Below, piece after piece: positions 11,680-25,890 of a stretch of 64,000 nt of DNA. Within the stretch, counting starts at the first letter, position 1. The number at the start of each line of letters is the position of its first letter. Below the pieces are notes generated by a model. It had not been told where the DNA came from and did not search any database. It worked only from the letters and a program-made list of their open reading frames with translations. Origin of the DNA: Fistulifera solaris (lineage: Eukaryota); NCBI GenBank assembly GCA_030295235.1, contig AP026135.1, positions 1 to 64,000 on the forward strand, written 5' to 3'. The position numbers were made by a program, and so were the translations under genes.

Positions 11680-12409
11680 TTATTGCAAAAGATATCGATT
11701 ATTGTTGCTTGTCCTTTGTTTAAGTGAAATAGCTACCCTGTTGTGGTGGTTTTCTTCGTGCTTGGACACTCTGTCGTCGGTTGGCGCTCTCAAGAAAGTG
11801 GAAATTGTATTATCATATAACAATTGTGGTATAACGATGATTTGCGACGCAATCATCAATTTCTTTTCGCGCGCGAAAAGATACTTAAGTCGCCGTTCAA
11901 TTCTTGTCTCGTCTCTAAGGTCCTCTCCCAGCAAGTGAAACTTCTTTGTTATGGGGATGGTTGTGGGAAATAGCGAAGGTGTAGATGCTGTTCGGTCTTA
12001 CATTGGTAAATTGGATATCACCTGAGAAACATGGTTCATGGGCCAGTTGGAAATAGCGAGCGCTACGAAAATGAATCAGTGCACTATGATGATGGTCATC
12101 ATAGAAAACGCTGAAATCGTACGTCTGGAAACAAACTTGCCTGCGGATGATTCGCTTTGCAGGTTCGACGCACAAGTTTAAAAACCATACCAAAACGCGC
12201 CCAATCCAGCAAGAACGATACATATTTTTCTTTCTACAGAAAGATGCTCCTGGAACCACAAAATCACCATTCCAATACCACTCATACGTTTTCCGGCTAT
12301 CCACAGCGTATGGGTGTGGATAGATACCCAGCTTAATGTAAGCAGCGATGGCAATTGATAAAGCGGATACCAAAAAGCAATTGTCCTTGTACAACGACGA
12401 TAATGTCAT
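11680..12409 (-). CDS. Hypothetical protein (two overlapping ORFs, possibly one frameshifted gene)
   Basis: 164-aa ATG ORF with N-terminal hydrophobic stretch overlaps an 84-aa ORF by ~20 nt; no recognised motif. Confidence 0.25.
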
Positions 12410-13990
12410 CGAGACTTGGGCTCGAGCATTGCAGAGATGTACAGTAAGGTAAAAGCAAAACGCAAAAGCCGTTCCAGCTCAATTCGGTCAGTTGGCGTAT
12501 GCCGTTGTGCAGATTTTCCGACGGACTTAGAATGCATACTTCTCTGCCTCTTGATGGCTCCTCACTCCGCTGAAAAATATGAAGGCCGAGAATGGGAAAC
12601 AGGAAAGGATCGTTTTGATAATAGACAGTACCGATGGCTTACTATCCAGCACGAGAAGTGCAGCTGCAATACGTTTTATGACCCAGCGAATGCATATGCC
12701 CATTTTCATGTAAGTTCTTTGACACGCGTAGTGAGTCAGCAAAGCTGTTTGAAATGGCTCTATGAATCGTATCGATAGGACAACAGACGCGGAATTGAGT
12801 TAAAACAGAAGACAGTCAAAAACTCGCCGACACAAAGTAGAATGTGACCGGAAGTCCGACGTTTGGAGGAGAAAGAGTCGATAGGGATCTAGACGGGGCA
12901 TTGATCTTCGCGGCGCAAAGTAAAAGAGAACCCACGTAACTCATAACTCATAGTTGCAAAGCGGTAATCCACAAGGCGGTAGCGAATGCATATTCTTCGT
13001 TTGTTGTTCGGATTCGATGATCGGCATACTCTTGCATCACAATCGCTTGCATGCCAAATGCCCCATACCATGATGCCGCGACAATCACCACACGAGGGAC
13101 TGCGGAAGGAAATGCATTTCCACATGTTGTGAAATGCCTTGTAATAATTATGGAGTAATCTTCAATGAGTGAACGGCTGTGCCCTGTGCAGTAAACTTGG
13201 ACCGTACTTCGTAGTATCCAAAATATCTGGAACGTACACAGCATTTTTGTTTGCAGAGGTACACATTATCCAGAATATCTGGAACCTACACAGATGTTTG
13301 GTTTAATCCAGAAACAATCTATCCGTCTATAATACTTTATACCGCTGCTTTCTGTGTGCTTGCGTAACGTGTAGACTAATATTTAATGTGATTGTCTTCT
13401 TTTTTTACTCGATGTTATCCCCAATCGCCGATCACTATTTCTACATTATTATTTTTTTCTCATATCCTTGTATAATCGATCTATTTTTTTTAAGGAATGT
13501 TGCAAGACGATACCAGGTAGTCGCAAGTTTAATTAATGGCAAACTTGCATTTTTGCATCTCACATTCTAGAGAAGTCAGGATTGAACTTTCTTTGGTGAC
13601 TCGTGACTGAAGGGGCAATCGTGGTAAAAAAGTCGTCTACATTTTGGGGCTATAGTAACTGTCCATGGAAATGATAACCTAATCTCTAACGCCTACAGTA
13701 TTGCGAGTCCGGAATCCTCCGTCATCGCGTCCGCAGCCCGCAGTGTGATGAGAATATCTCGCGGCGCCTCACGATCGCGACGAAGATGATGATGCGATGA
13801 AGGATGTGAGATGTGAGTCAATCACAAACAAAAAGGAATTCAGAAGGTTGAAAAGTCGAAGAAAGGTATTAACCTTCAACATTGCGTTTCATAACAATCA
13901 CCAGACCTTGTCGGTTGCTTTGTATTCGCTTCGCTTTCAAAGCACCCACGTAGTTTCTTTCGTTGTGCTTTATAACGCATAACTAACAAT

Positions 13991-15965
13991 ATGATGCATA
14001 CGACAAGTTCCCCAGCCGCTAAAGCAACACTTGTTACACCTCTCACCCAAGCAAATCGCGATGCTGTTGTACAAGAAGAACACGTTATTGATCACTGTTT
14101 AGTGTGCTATTCTTCCTTGGCCGATTATCACGTCATAACACCCTGCGGGCACGCGGAAATTTGCGGTGTCTGTCATTTGCGATTGCGTTATTTGCATGCG
14201 GATCGGAAATGCCCCATTTGTAAAGCGGAATCGGAACAAGTTATTGTCGATCTCACCACATCCGACAAACTTGAATTTAGTGAATACAATATTTGGGGAA
14301 ATGATTTGGGAGCTGACTTTATTTATAATGAAGAAAGTCAAATGTTTGTGCGCACCGATTATTATGAAAGAGAATTGAAGCCACTGTTTGGTTATCGATG
14401 CAATTGCAAGAATTGTTCATTTGATGCAACCGCACAAGTCAACAAGAGCGAAAATAAAAACAATGGCGAGAGCAACCACAAGAGTAAGAAACCCATTCGC
14501 GTCTTACAAGATCATTTACGGATTCAACACAAGCTCGCATTGTGTCAATTGTGTGTCGATCATCAACGGGATTTCGTATCGCAACTACCCCGTTTCACTC
14601 CTTCGCAATTGCAAACACATCTTAGTCGGGGAGATCCAGCCGCTGGGTTTCATGGACATCCGCTGTGTGAATTCTGTCGACCGACCCGTTTCTATGACAT
14701 TACCGCATTGCATCATCATTTGGCTCTGGAACATTTTAAATGTCATGTTTGTGAAAAACAAGGTCTTTCGGATCAATATTTTAAGAACTATTCGCAACTT
14801 GAGAAGCATTTTGATCGACAGCACTTTCTTTGTCGGGATGTGCAGTGCCTCATGGCAAGATTTGTGGTCTTTGGCAATGAACTCGATTTGAAGCATCATC
14901 AAAGGACGGTACATGGGGCGACGCTAGGTGACACCAAGATTCAATTGGAGTTTCGTGTCGCGCGGTCCTCAAATGCGCCGCCAAATCAGTCAGTTCCGAA
15001 CGATGAGGAATTCAATTATGGAGTGGATGGGCAAGCCTTTGTACCTGCCGCTTTGCCGGGCAACAATGAGGGTGGATCAAATACCGTCGCGTTGCATCCT
15101 TTGCACGTGCAACGTACCGCTCAATTGCGAGAGCAGGCGGCGTCTTTGCGTATCTCGAACATCCAGGCTAGTCAAGCAGAAGAATTTCCAACGTTGCAAC
15201 CCAATACGGCTGGTGCTAATGCTGCTCTTCGCACTGGTTGGACATCGGCTGCTCAACGGACAAGAACTCGAGGACCAGCTGGTGCTGTCACGCAGGAAGA
15301 CTTTCCCTCTTTGCCAGCCGCAGCTCCAGCGCTTCGAGGAAAGGTTAATAAACTGCAAGCACTTCGACCACAACCAAAACCCGCATCAGCCCCTATTGCA
15401 TCATGGGGTACGGCGGCTCGTCCTTTACCTTCCAGTTCCGGTGTCAACCATTTTCCGTCCTTATCTTCTACAGCAGCGGCGCCATCGATGGCTGCTTCGC
15501 GGAAAAAAGCCGCCTCCAATGAACAGCTTATCGGATTTCCCTGCGCCACCAATGTCCTCTTCACCCTACATCGGACTTCCCACTGCATCAGTAGCCGCCG
15601 CGAACGTAACGATTGAGGATATGAAAGCGACCATGGGTTCGCTCGGTTACAAGCAGCTGAAGCAGTTGACACAGAACTTGGTAGTTCACAAAACTATCAA
15701 TCCCGTTGACTATGTACAGTCGACGGCGGCCTTATTCGATCACACCAATACCCATCAGAAGTTCGTTACGGCCTTGTTGCAATCATGTCCGCCGCATCCA
15801 GCAGCACAAGAAGCTTTGCAACGCTTGCTTCAATCGCAAGTACGTGGACTTGCAGTTAACAATAAATTGAACAGCAACGGTAGTAGTCAAAATAGCAGCA
15901 ACAATGCATGGACCAAGAAATCAAAGCAAAATAAGGAGTTGCGACAGCTGGCTTTTGGACGATAG
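13991..15965 (+). CDS. ZNF598: ZNF598/Hel2-like RING E3 ubiquitin ligase (ribosome quality control)
   Basis: RING CLVC...PCGH..ICGVCHLRLR...CPICK; C2H2 fingers GHPLCEFC..RFYD, HFKCHVC, HF...HFLC, FVVF.NELDLKHH; EEFP/DFP motifs in tail; +1 frameshift in A-run near 15505. Confidence 0.88.
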
Positions 15966-16379
15966 ATCATGCTAATGAAGTCGTTAATGATCTCGCACAT
16001 ATATAGTTAAAGAAATGCAGTTTCCAAGGAGAAGTTAACCTATAGACTTTATAAAGTAGACTGCAGCGATAATGGCGTTTTAGTTTAAGGCTTCCGATAG
16101 AAACATACAACAATCTTGGATATTTCGGCTCTAGTATTTCAATAACAATATAATTAAGTTCATTACTATAACCATTGAACATGGCTCAGGGCAACTTGCA
16201 TGACTGTAAAAGCTTTTACGGATTACCAGAAAATAAGATGATATGTTTTGGTTCAAAGATAAAGATAGTTGTGCCCTTAGCTCGCGCAAATAACTCATTC
16301 TTTGGTTTTGTGATAGTCTTCTATTGCTCAGTTGTATGTTCTACTTCTATTGGTTTCCCAGTGCAAATCGACTGGCAAA

Positions 16380-18102
16380 TTATTCATCTTGCTTTGGCCG
16401 TTTGGCCGACGACTGCAAATAAGCCATGCACTCATCAACTGTCCCGTTGGGAAATTGGTATTGAAAATCCAATTGCCGCTGCTGATAATCGCCAATCATC
16501 GGACCTGGTTTCAACTGTAACTTCTGCATTAACTGTTTACCCGGTAGCAGCGGCACAATCGTCCAAGCCTCGTGCAGTTGTGCTTCGTGAATCGCTTGAA
16601 TAAGGCGTGTCACAGTTGTAGCACATGTATTAGCCGTCGTTGATGTTGGAGCTGATTCATTGCTCGAAACAAACCAAACCGTGGCTGCCAAATACAAGCT
16701 GCTAACCCAATTCGTTCTAGATGCCTTAACAAAACGCCCCGCTTTCAGTCGATCCAACATTAAGACGTTGCTAGTGCTTTCTTGACTTGCCGATGAGTGC
16801 AACCATAAGTCCATGGCCATTTCAAGTGTATCAAAAAGGTTGGCCACACACTGTACATCCACATTTTTTTGCTTTAAGGGAATTTCGAAAAATGAAAGCA
16901 ACCGCCGACGTACTCTTTTGTTTCTCATCTTGACACAAATAATCGCGAAAGGGCAACAAAAACGCTGCAACGGGCGTCCATACTTTGTGATAGTAAGGCG
17001 CCGAGAGAGTGTTAAAAGTTGTCGAATCATTCATGTCTTGTACCATTTTTACAATGTCGTCGAAAGCCTGTAAATAGGTGTTTGTGAGCGACCAAGCCGT
17101 TGCAAGCATAGTATCATCCACCGCTACTTTGTTGCGTTCCAAGGTGAGAGCTTCGCCGTCATTCGGAACTTTTGTTATGCAACTCATAGATGATGCATCA
17201 GGTAGTATGAAAATCGACGAAGCAATGTTCCATTCGTACATGGTGTGCAATGCCGAGACAGCATTCGCTTGCCACATTCCCATGCATTCCTTCCCTATCC
17301 GTTCTCGCGATACTTTCGTCTGTAACAATTGATTCATGTACGTTTGTTTCGCCACCGCCACAAACTCCGGATCGAGCGTAAACGAATACCGTACAGCAAA
17401 TCTCAGTCCTCGCAGCAATCGCAATGGATCGTCTTGTAGAGTAACGACAGGATCGAGCGGCGTCACCAAAACCCCGCGCCGCAAATCGGCTAGACCCCGG
17501 CCTGTCCAATCTTCAATACACTGCGTATGCACATTGAAAAACAAAGCATTCAAGGTAAAATCACGACGCATGGCATCTTGATAAGGCGTTCCTGGTTGTG
17601 TTTGTTGCGGTATTCGACTGTGCGGATTAGAATAGACTTCGGCACACCGGAGAGAGACAAAGTCAACATCCAGTTCCTTGTACAACTTCAACACGGCCGT
17701 TTCTAAATGCTTCGACTGCTCTGGATTCGCTGCTACGATTCCGAGTGATGAAACGATAGTATGCGGCGGTGCATGTTGCGACACAACCCATTCGGCCGCT
17801 TCGACGCCTGTCGCGTGCTCGACAGCAACATCAATATCGTGCGATTGTTTCTGCAATATTTTGTCACGAACCCAGCCACCTGCTAGTCGAAATCGCATAG
17901 GGGAGGGTGCTCTCTGCAATAATCCCAGTAGTTTGTGTTCAGTAGGCGTAAAGTGAATCGGAATTGTAGCGTTCACGGAGTTAATATTGTCGTTCGGTGA
18001 GCACGCGGCCTGTGCTGCTATTTCGCCTTCTACACCGACAGAAATGAGCGTCGGGTAAGATACCGATTCAATAGAAGGTTCTGTTGCTGTTACATCGCTC
18101 AT
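16380..18102 (-). CDS. CCA1: CCA-adding tRNA nucleotidyltransferase / class II poly(A) polymerase family
   Basis: RLAGGWVRDKIL, DIDVA, NPEQSKHLETA, DFVSLR.EVY, DAMRRDFTLNALF, DDPLRLLRGLRFA, KVSRERIGKE, PLLPGKQLM...GPMIG; frameshift in homopolymer near 16868. Confidence 0.9.
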
Positions 18103-18924
18103 TATGTATGAAAAGAGGGAAAGTAGTCAATCTTTGTTGTATGAATAATGGAAAATCAATGGATAAAAAAAATAATGGCGAGAGATTATTGCTGTGCGAC
18201 TGAAAGCGAGACATATATCCGGGATCGCTTCCTTTTCCTACGGCGGGTACGTGAAAATTGTGTAGGCTTTCCAATGAGTGTACCTTGCTGTCTTCTTCGC
18301 TTTGAATATGAAATGGAGATATGTATAAGTCCTTGGTAATGCCAGCCATACGATAATGAAGCAATTTACTGCTGTTGCGTCCTTGTTGCTGTTGATACGT
18401 TGTGGTCGGAGTTTGACAACTTCCGGGGTGCCCCTTACTCGATAAATTTTCTACCAGGGCTACGTGAAAACCGTGTAGACTTTCCAATGAGTGTGACTAA
18501 ACTCTTTTTTCTTCATTGCTGATAATTCAACCTCAATGATTGACAGCCACATAATAGATGCCGATTAGGCAATTATCATAATGATTAGAGACGAACCGGG
18601 CTGTCTTGTTGTTCATTGTTTTTCGTCGTATGGGGCTCGTGTCTCAACTGACAATCAAATCGTCCTAATACTACCGTAGTACCAGGTACGGTAACAAAGA
18701 GGATCATTACACTCCCTGGCTAGTTGTAACAACCTCATCCTTCATGATCTGTGAGTGCATGCTCTGTACGTCGCATCGTCAGTCTGCGCACAAAAATGTC
18801 GATCGCATTGAGAGTTGAGAGCACACAAATAAATAATGAAAAAATGTTTCATTGATAATTGTTAACCAAAAGCACCCGTCTCCTTACTTCCTCCTTTCTA
18901 CAAAAGAATACTTTTCTCATCAAG

Positions 18925-19991
18925 ATGACAGACCCAAGCAACGACTGGTGCACGATTGAAAGTGACCCTGGCGTCTTTACCGAATTACTCGAAGCCCTAG
19001 GATGTCATGCTGTCGAGTTGCAAGAATTGTATACATTGGATGATATGGATATTATATCATCCGATCAGACGATCTACGGTTTAATCTTCCTGTTTCCCTG
19101 GAAGAGTAAAGAAGAGCGCGCGGCAGCTGCTATCAATAATGCTACTTCGACAAGTCCTGCCGAACAGTCCCCGCCACCGGAAGATCTCTTTTTGCGCATC
19201 AAGTAACAACCAATGCGTGCGCGACACAAGCGTTACTCAGTGTCGTTTTGAATACAGTGACGGATCTCGGTAGTACTTTGACGGAATTCAAGACGTTTAC
19301 GGCGTCTTTTCCGCCTCCGCTGAAAGGAATGGCGATTGCCGGTAGCGAAGTCATTCAGAGGGCACACAATTCGTTTGCGCGGGCCGATGCTTTTTGGCAA
19401 GATCCCACGCAGCCGCGGGCACCTCGGACGGGGTCGAAGGATGATGTGTATCACTTTGTTGCTTACATTCCTTTTCGTGGGACTGTATATGAGTTGGATG
19501 GATTGCAACCGGAGCCTGTGTTTGTAGGGACTTACAACCAGGAGGATGAGATGATCAATACCTCTTGGCTGGCGGTAGCACGTGAGGCATTGCAGTCACG
19601 CATGGCGGAACAGCAAGGGCAATTTAATCTAATGGCGGTCATTCCCAATCAAATGCAGAAGGTACAGCGACAATTGGAGCAAGAAGGCAACAGCAGTGAC
19701 ACGGATATTCTGCAACTGCAACAGCAACTGCAACATGAAATGAACAAAAGGCAGTTGTGGAAACTGGAAAATGAACGTCGCCGACACAACTATGTGCCAT
19801 TGTGTGTGCAGTTGTTGAAGGAAATGGCACGGCAGGGAACGTTGGAGCAGTGCGTACAGCAAGCCCGAGAACGACGTGCCGCCAAAAAAGGCCAAGCAAA
19901 GTCAGGATTGAGGTTAAGGGATTTTAATCATATTCTACATACGGTGTTTAATTTTTTAACAGACAGTGTCGTTTTTGCTTTAAACCATTAA
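18925..19991 (+). CDS. UCHL5: Ubiquitin C-terminal hydrolase UCH37/UCHL5 (peptidase C12)
   Basis: WCTIESDPGVFTELL, QVTTNACATQALL (catalytic Cys after correcting a T-run frameshift at ~19190), YHFVAYIP, YELDGL, ENERRRHNY; true stop may be ~19910. Confidence 0.92.
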
Positions 19992-20257
19992 TGGACAAAT
20001 TCGCTGAGCTCGTTATGTTTAACGACATGATCGTGGCATGCCTGTTTTGTTAACTCGGGACACCCACGTACATGCCTTCCTCAAATTAATACTTTAATTG
20101 AGACAGAGAAGGAAGATAGATACGGCAGTCTAGATAGACCAAACGCCAACGCATCTCGTTTGTTCTAGATAGTCGATGACGTGTGGCTGTCTTATATCGG
20201 ATAGACCGGATCCTCCCGTAGCGCGTTTCGCTGAATTAGCTGCTGGCTGAAATGGTT

Positions 20258-21824
20258 TCAAGTCGGCGGTTCTGACTGCAATGATTGTTCCTGTTCGTTT
20301 TCTGCCTGTTCGTGTGGTTTCTTGTTCATGTTGGCAATAACGCGCTGCGTTAATAACTGTGCAAGCAAAGCAGGGAAGTGCGGTACCTCCTTATAAGAGG
20401 GGGAAGTAATTGACATCGACAACCCACAGCATAGGTTCATCATCCTTGTTCTTACTATCCTCTTCGGGTCTGACTTCTAAAATGACATCAAACCCAAATA
20501 GTTCCAATCGAAAGGCTTCTTTCAAGGCTGCCGCTATGGGTTGCACTCGTTGAACTGTCAGCGGTGGTAGTACGTGCTTGGTAGGATTCGTTCCGCCAGA
20601 CAAACCAAAATCCGCCGGTCGAGGATACGGTCGTTGCGAATCAAACCATAAGGACTTTCCTCCCGTGGCAGGCAAATCGGGCAAACTTCGACGTGGGTGA
20701 ACACTGACATGATCTCCCAGCACATATACTTTGTATAAGACCGAGCCGTGATTGCGATACTCTTGCGTCAACCAGGATGTCTCGGCAATGTGTGGTTCTG
20801 GCAAAGGGCTATCGGCAAATAAAATAGCCATGTGATGACTGACTTGTGTTCCAGCAGCAATAAGGGGTTTCAGAATGAGAGGAAATTGCAACACTCCCTG
20901 TTGTTGACAACCCTCCGTGTCGGTGACGATCGTACTAGCCGGACACTGGACGCGTGGCAATGATGCGAGGCATTTGGTCAATGTCTGACAAATATTGGCA
21001 CGGTTTAAGAGTGTTTGCACACGAACAGGGTCATCGAGGACTAAACACCCGGGTGGTGGGTGACACAAACGGTGAACACGGCGGACGGCAGCGTGTTCGG
21101 TGGGTGTTAAAGGAAGTGATGAGATCACCGTCGCAGGAACGCCGCGTAAATCGTGCAGTATTGTGTGTTTTTGTGCAAGCAGACTAGTGCACAGAATGTC
21201 CTCTGTAAGTTTGTGTAAAATGACATGACAGGAAGGAGTGTCGGTTTCTCTCGTCGCATCATCGTCTACTTCATCTTCAGCTTCCACGGGTACAAATGTG
21301 ATAGGGGGTAGTCGCCACGGAGCTTGCCTTGAACGTCCGGCAGTAGTAGAACTTGATGCTTGTGAAGCGGTACAAGTTCCCATGGACTCATCCGTGGACG
21401 CCGCTAAACGTCCCAAAATCAATCCCAAATCCGAATCACCAACCGTAAAGACTACATGCTGTTGCTGCTGCTGTTGCGGATGCGGTGACAGAGACGTCAA
21501 AAAGGAGATTCTCGTTGATCCCACAAACTCGCTTTTTCCATCACAACACTCATTGTACTCATCTTTTTTGGGTCCAAACGCATATCCAACTACAATCGGT
21601 ATCTGCGGAACAAGATTCTCGTAAGTATCGGGAGCAGAATCGTCCTCATCGTCATTATCTAGTGATTCTTCGAGATCACAGAGTGATATTCTATTAATCG
21701 TTGCCTCGTTCTGGCCTTCCTCTTTGTGTAAAAACGTGTCCGGAAAAGGAGTACTGGTAATGCTGCTAATTTGCTGATCCTCTTCTTCCTCCTCGTTCCC
21801 CGACCATGTATTTAACCGTGTCAT
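20258..21824 (-). CDS. ITPK1: Inositol-tetrakisphosphate 1-kinase (ITPK1, ATP-grasp)
   Basis: VVGYAFGPKK, ILHKLTED, FPLILKP.IAAG...SHHMA, QEY.NHGSVLYKVYVLGD, RRSLPD, LFGFDV, VVDVNYFP(S)YK; frameshift at ~20400. Confidence 0.88.
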
Positions 21825-22423
21825 GATTTACTGAGAGGAAGAGAATGTAATAACCTGAAGTAGAGCTTTAGACTGAGCTCTCACAAAGATCAATATTTTT
21901 TCGATTTAAATGGATATGCGGCTTGTGAATCTGTATCGATTTCAGATTACAGAAAGCTAATCGCTTTTTCTATCCATTTCAGTTTTCCGACCTCTTTCCT
22001 ATCGTTTTACTATCTCGAATGCCTCTGCTTGATTGATTTCTTCTTTTGATGTCATTGATTGAAAGTGTTTGCTCGGAGTATCGTTGGTAGGTTTGTTGTC
22101 GTTCTTTTGTTTTCTTATCAATCGCAACGATCCGAACCTCGGCTGCCGGCCGCCGTACAGACGGTCGTTTGGACAGCGCACACAGCCCGTCGAAGAACAG
22201 ACGTAGTACCTAGCTAAAACCAAAGTGACGAGCCGTGCTATTGCCATTCTACATAGCTGGCGTTGAAAGATTGTTTGCACATTATCAATGATATCATCAA
22301 TTATTCTTGTTCACAAATTATTACTAGGATAATGAAACAACTAAACAATGTCCGACGGAGGATCGCCACCTCGTGCTCGTGGTGCATTGGGCTGGTCCGC
22401 AGAGGACGCTCTTCGGATGCGAG

Positions 22424-24719
22424 TCAATAGGCCCGAGTCTTCAGATTGATCCAATACCGGTTGTTGCTGTCGCGGGGGTGCACGATAACTGGAAGATGGT
22501 ATGGATGACTGCGGGCACTGGATTTCTTATTGTTCTTTCTTGGTTTTGGTTGCTTGGGTGTGACCGAAGGAGTGTCTTCGTCAATTACAACATCAGTCAG
22601 ATAATGCGGGACACCGCTGGATCGATGACGACCCAAATCGCGACGATGCGAATTACGACGGACACTGGTCATACGACTATTCCCACCGTGAGGTCGTCCG
22701 ACTTGGGGCTGCCATCTTCTTCGTCCGTGGAGCGGGTAGCATTAGAACCGTCTTCTCCTTCTTCTTTCATGGACCAGAATTGATTCTCGGCGTCTAACTC
22801 AGCTATGCTCTGACTTACATCTCCTCTACCTCCCATGCGGTGCATCATACTAGGTGCCTTGCTGACGGAATAGTCAATGCCCAGACCACGAAAGCTCCAA
22901 TCGTAACCATTTTATGAAGCACGGCTGTGATCACGACTGGCACGACTGCGCTCGCTGTCGAATAGTGGCAGCAGGATGACCGGGCTTGCTCCACTCAATG
23001 TGAGTTAGGACGTGGTATTTACTGCTTTCTCCGATCTGGGACGATTCCTCGGCGTTACGGGAGTAATGGAAACGATTAAGCGACGCATGTGACAGCTCTT
23101 CCCGGAAGCGATTGCGGCTTTCGGCAACAGTACTGAAAGTAGACAAACCAGATTTCGAAAGCGCCGACAGGGACATGACGGACATGCTGGGTTCTCCGAC
23201 ACTTTTGATTTCGGTCTCTTTGGGAGCTTCTCCGACGCTGCCTTCTTCAATAGCCATGTTTTCGGCTTTCGCACTACTGAGGCGTGACACGCCAAGCAGA
23301 TTCTCCAGCCACTTGCTTGAGATGCGCGACACGACAACAAACGTTCTTGGCGTCCGTGTAGATGAGTAGCGAGAAAATGGCGTATTGAACAAACCACCAA
23401 GGATTCTTCAAGCTCGGATGGCACAAAGAGAACGCAAAAAGCGTACTGACAGGTCCGATGATGGTTGTGAAAGCGGTGGCACTGAGCAAGAGAGGATCCA
23501 AAAAATTGAATTCGCGGCCCTGAATGTACCAGTACAGAAGAAGGGTAATGATCTGCGATGCGATCCAAGGATAGATTTCTCGGATAAACAGAAGCATAAA
23601 CATGCCGAACTTTTGTCGAAGACCCAAGTTGTGATTCAATATTAGGGGTATGCAGTGCTTCATCGAAACCTGCATCCAACCTTGCGCCCAACGCAAACGC
23701 TGATTCCAAGTATGAAGCGCAGTGGTCGTAGATAGCTCGCGACTGATGAGTTTTGGGTCGGTCTGTAACAAAGAGAGAGAGGCAAATGAGTACAGTCGTC
23801 CCAGAAAATTTCATCGCACACTTCGGCATATAAGTACTCACACCAATGTTTCCGCCTTCAGCCAGCACCCGCATACTGCTATCAATATCTTCAGTCAACA
23901 TGCTACCAAGCATACCAATACGCTTCAAAAGAGGACTCTTCCAGTATCCATTCGAGCCACCAAACACGCCGAATCCGTCCACGAACGGTGCGACCCGGAT
24001 GGGCGACGGCATATATTGTTTCGAACTCAATAGCAACCATCTTGGCCATCCAGGTTTCTTCTGGGTTTCCGACTTAGACAGTGACCTTGCACGACATCGT
24101 AGCCGTTCGATAACCAGCGCCAGGCTCGCGAGTATGAATCCAGATCAGGTTGGTGATCAGCATCGAAGACTCCCACAAAATCTCCGACGACAAAGTCCAG
24201 AGCGGCGTTCAAGTTCTGACTTTTACTTCGACTGTTCTCAATTTTCAATACCAACAGGTTAGGATGCTGATTGGAAAGCGCTCGAAGGTCATCTTCGATG
24301 GGCATAGGTACTGGTGTGTTGTAACTGAGAATGACTTGAATACCTGGTTCGTACTCGATGCTAAGGAAATGTTCTAAAGTTTCCATGATGGTTTCAGCCT
24401 CGTTAGGCATATAGGCGCAAATGATGGCAGAGGCAGGCGCCTCAGGAGCTCCAGGCTTTGTCGGGGCGCCCTTATGAAAATATGCAACAAAACATTCCGT
24501 CAGAATCAAAATGGACATGACGTTCAAAAACAGAAGTGTCGCCACGTAAACTCCGTATGTTATATCGATTCCGACCAGATGAAAGAGATAGAAGATGAAC
24601 ATAGGAAGGAAGACAGACAATGCGTAGGATGCGATGACTTGCAGGAAGTCCATGCCCATCGCCGTGATTTTGCCATCCTTCATGAACCATCGGAAGGAGA
24701 AGAAGTCGATGCAGCCCAT
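22424..24719 (-). CDS. Membrane GT2 (cellulose-synthase-like) glycosyltransferase, paralog A, with disordered C-terminal tail
   Basis: AYMPNE, SKSQNLN, FDADH, VVQG, FGGSNG, LTEDID, QRLRWAQGW (D,D,D,QxxRW set), flanking TM helices; intron 23763..23841; frameshifts near 24065, 23277 and 22955; TAA near 22913 in the tail. Confidence 0.85.
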
Positions 24720-25890
24720 GGTAACTAACTTCCGCTTCGGTTAAGAGACTGGACTTCTTAGCGCTTGGAAAAATGATACTTGTAGTAAGCAGGAAGCCTT
24801 TTGGCTTTAGGAATTTAAGAACTTGGTGAGCAATACAGCCCGTTGTTGCCCTTACAACCGTTTTGAAAGGAAGGACGAGTGTTGCTTTTGGGCTTCGGCT
24901 CGAAAAGAAAAATTTGGAGGGTCTTTGTGGTCATTCATGTTGGGTCGCGCCATAGATCGGCCTGCGCGAGATTCCCTAAATAGAATCCGTTTAATATCCT
25001 TCTTTTGTCGACTAGCAAGGCAAGCCTACATCTTACGTCATACGATCAAGGTTTAAGTCCATTCTACTTCGAAGCAAAGAGTTTTAAGTTTTTTTAGGTA
25101 TCCACTGCAGTCATCGGTCATCGTGTCTCCTTCGGAGTAAACTAATAATGACCAGAAACCAGAAACATCTGAAGGGTAATAGCGGACTAAAGTGAATTCA
25201 GGATTACCGAATACCGAATGATATGATGGGGGATAGTGCTTAGTGCTTTGTCGTCTGTCGACATGAAAGTGGGATTTTTTAATGACTCTAATTTATCTTG
25301 TTCCTCCGTTGTCTTCGTCGTACATTCAGAATTCAGTTTCAGTATCAATGCACCGTGCAAAGGGTCACAAGTTACAACTCAAAATTCAAAATTGTTTTCG
25401 GTAGTATTAGGTCATCAGATAATTTTTTTTTTTCACATATATATTTTATTCCTAATTTTTTAATCGTCAGAATCTAATCTTGACATTCGACTGAATTTTC
25501 CACTTTTCATTCACATAATTCAAAATTCAAACGGATGACTGAGGACTGAGGACGAAGGACCGAACGATTGGGAATTAGAATTAGGGAATGAAAGATAATA
25601 CATACGTAGTAGTACGTAGGGGAAACTCGTCACGTGTCACGAATCACCCTCGTCGAAATTGAATGAGGAAATCAAGCATCGCCAAGAATTCTGCTGTAAC
25701 TTGCGATCATAATCGACATGATTGATCGAATATAGGAGATACAGATACAGGTGTACGCGCCCTCTTTCACTGCATGGCTTTCCGGCATTACCGACAACCA
25801 GACGGTCATAGAGGACTAAGCTCACACGTCGAACCTCGAAAGATGAGCCTACATAGTCCTACTTCATCTCGATTTCTACATAAAAAGCTA

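Noticed and set aside
11617..13697. Interstitial telomere-like words (taaccctaa ~11617; taacctaatctctaac ~13675)
   Set aside because: Only 1-2 degenerate units; could be chance
18249..18494. ~33-bp imperfect direct repeat between CCA1 and UCHL5, and the 139-aa ORF spanning it
   Set aside because: Only two copies with no element structure; the ORF has a non-ATG start and no motif
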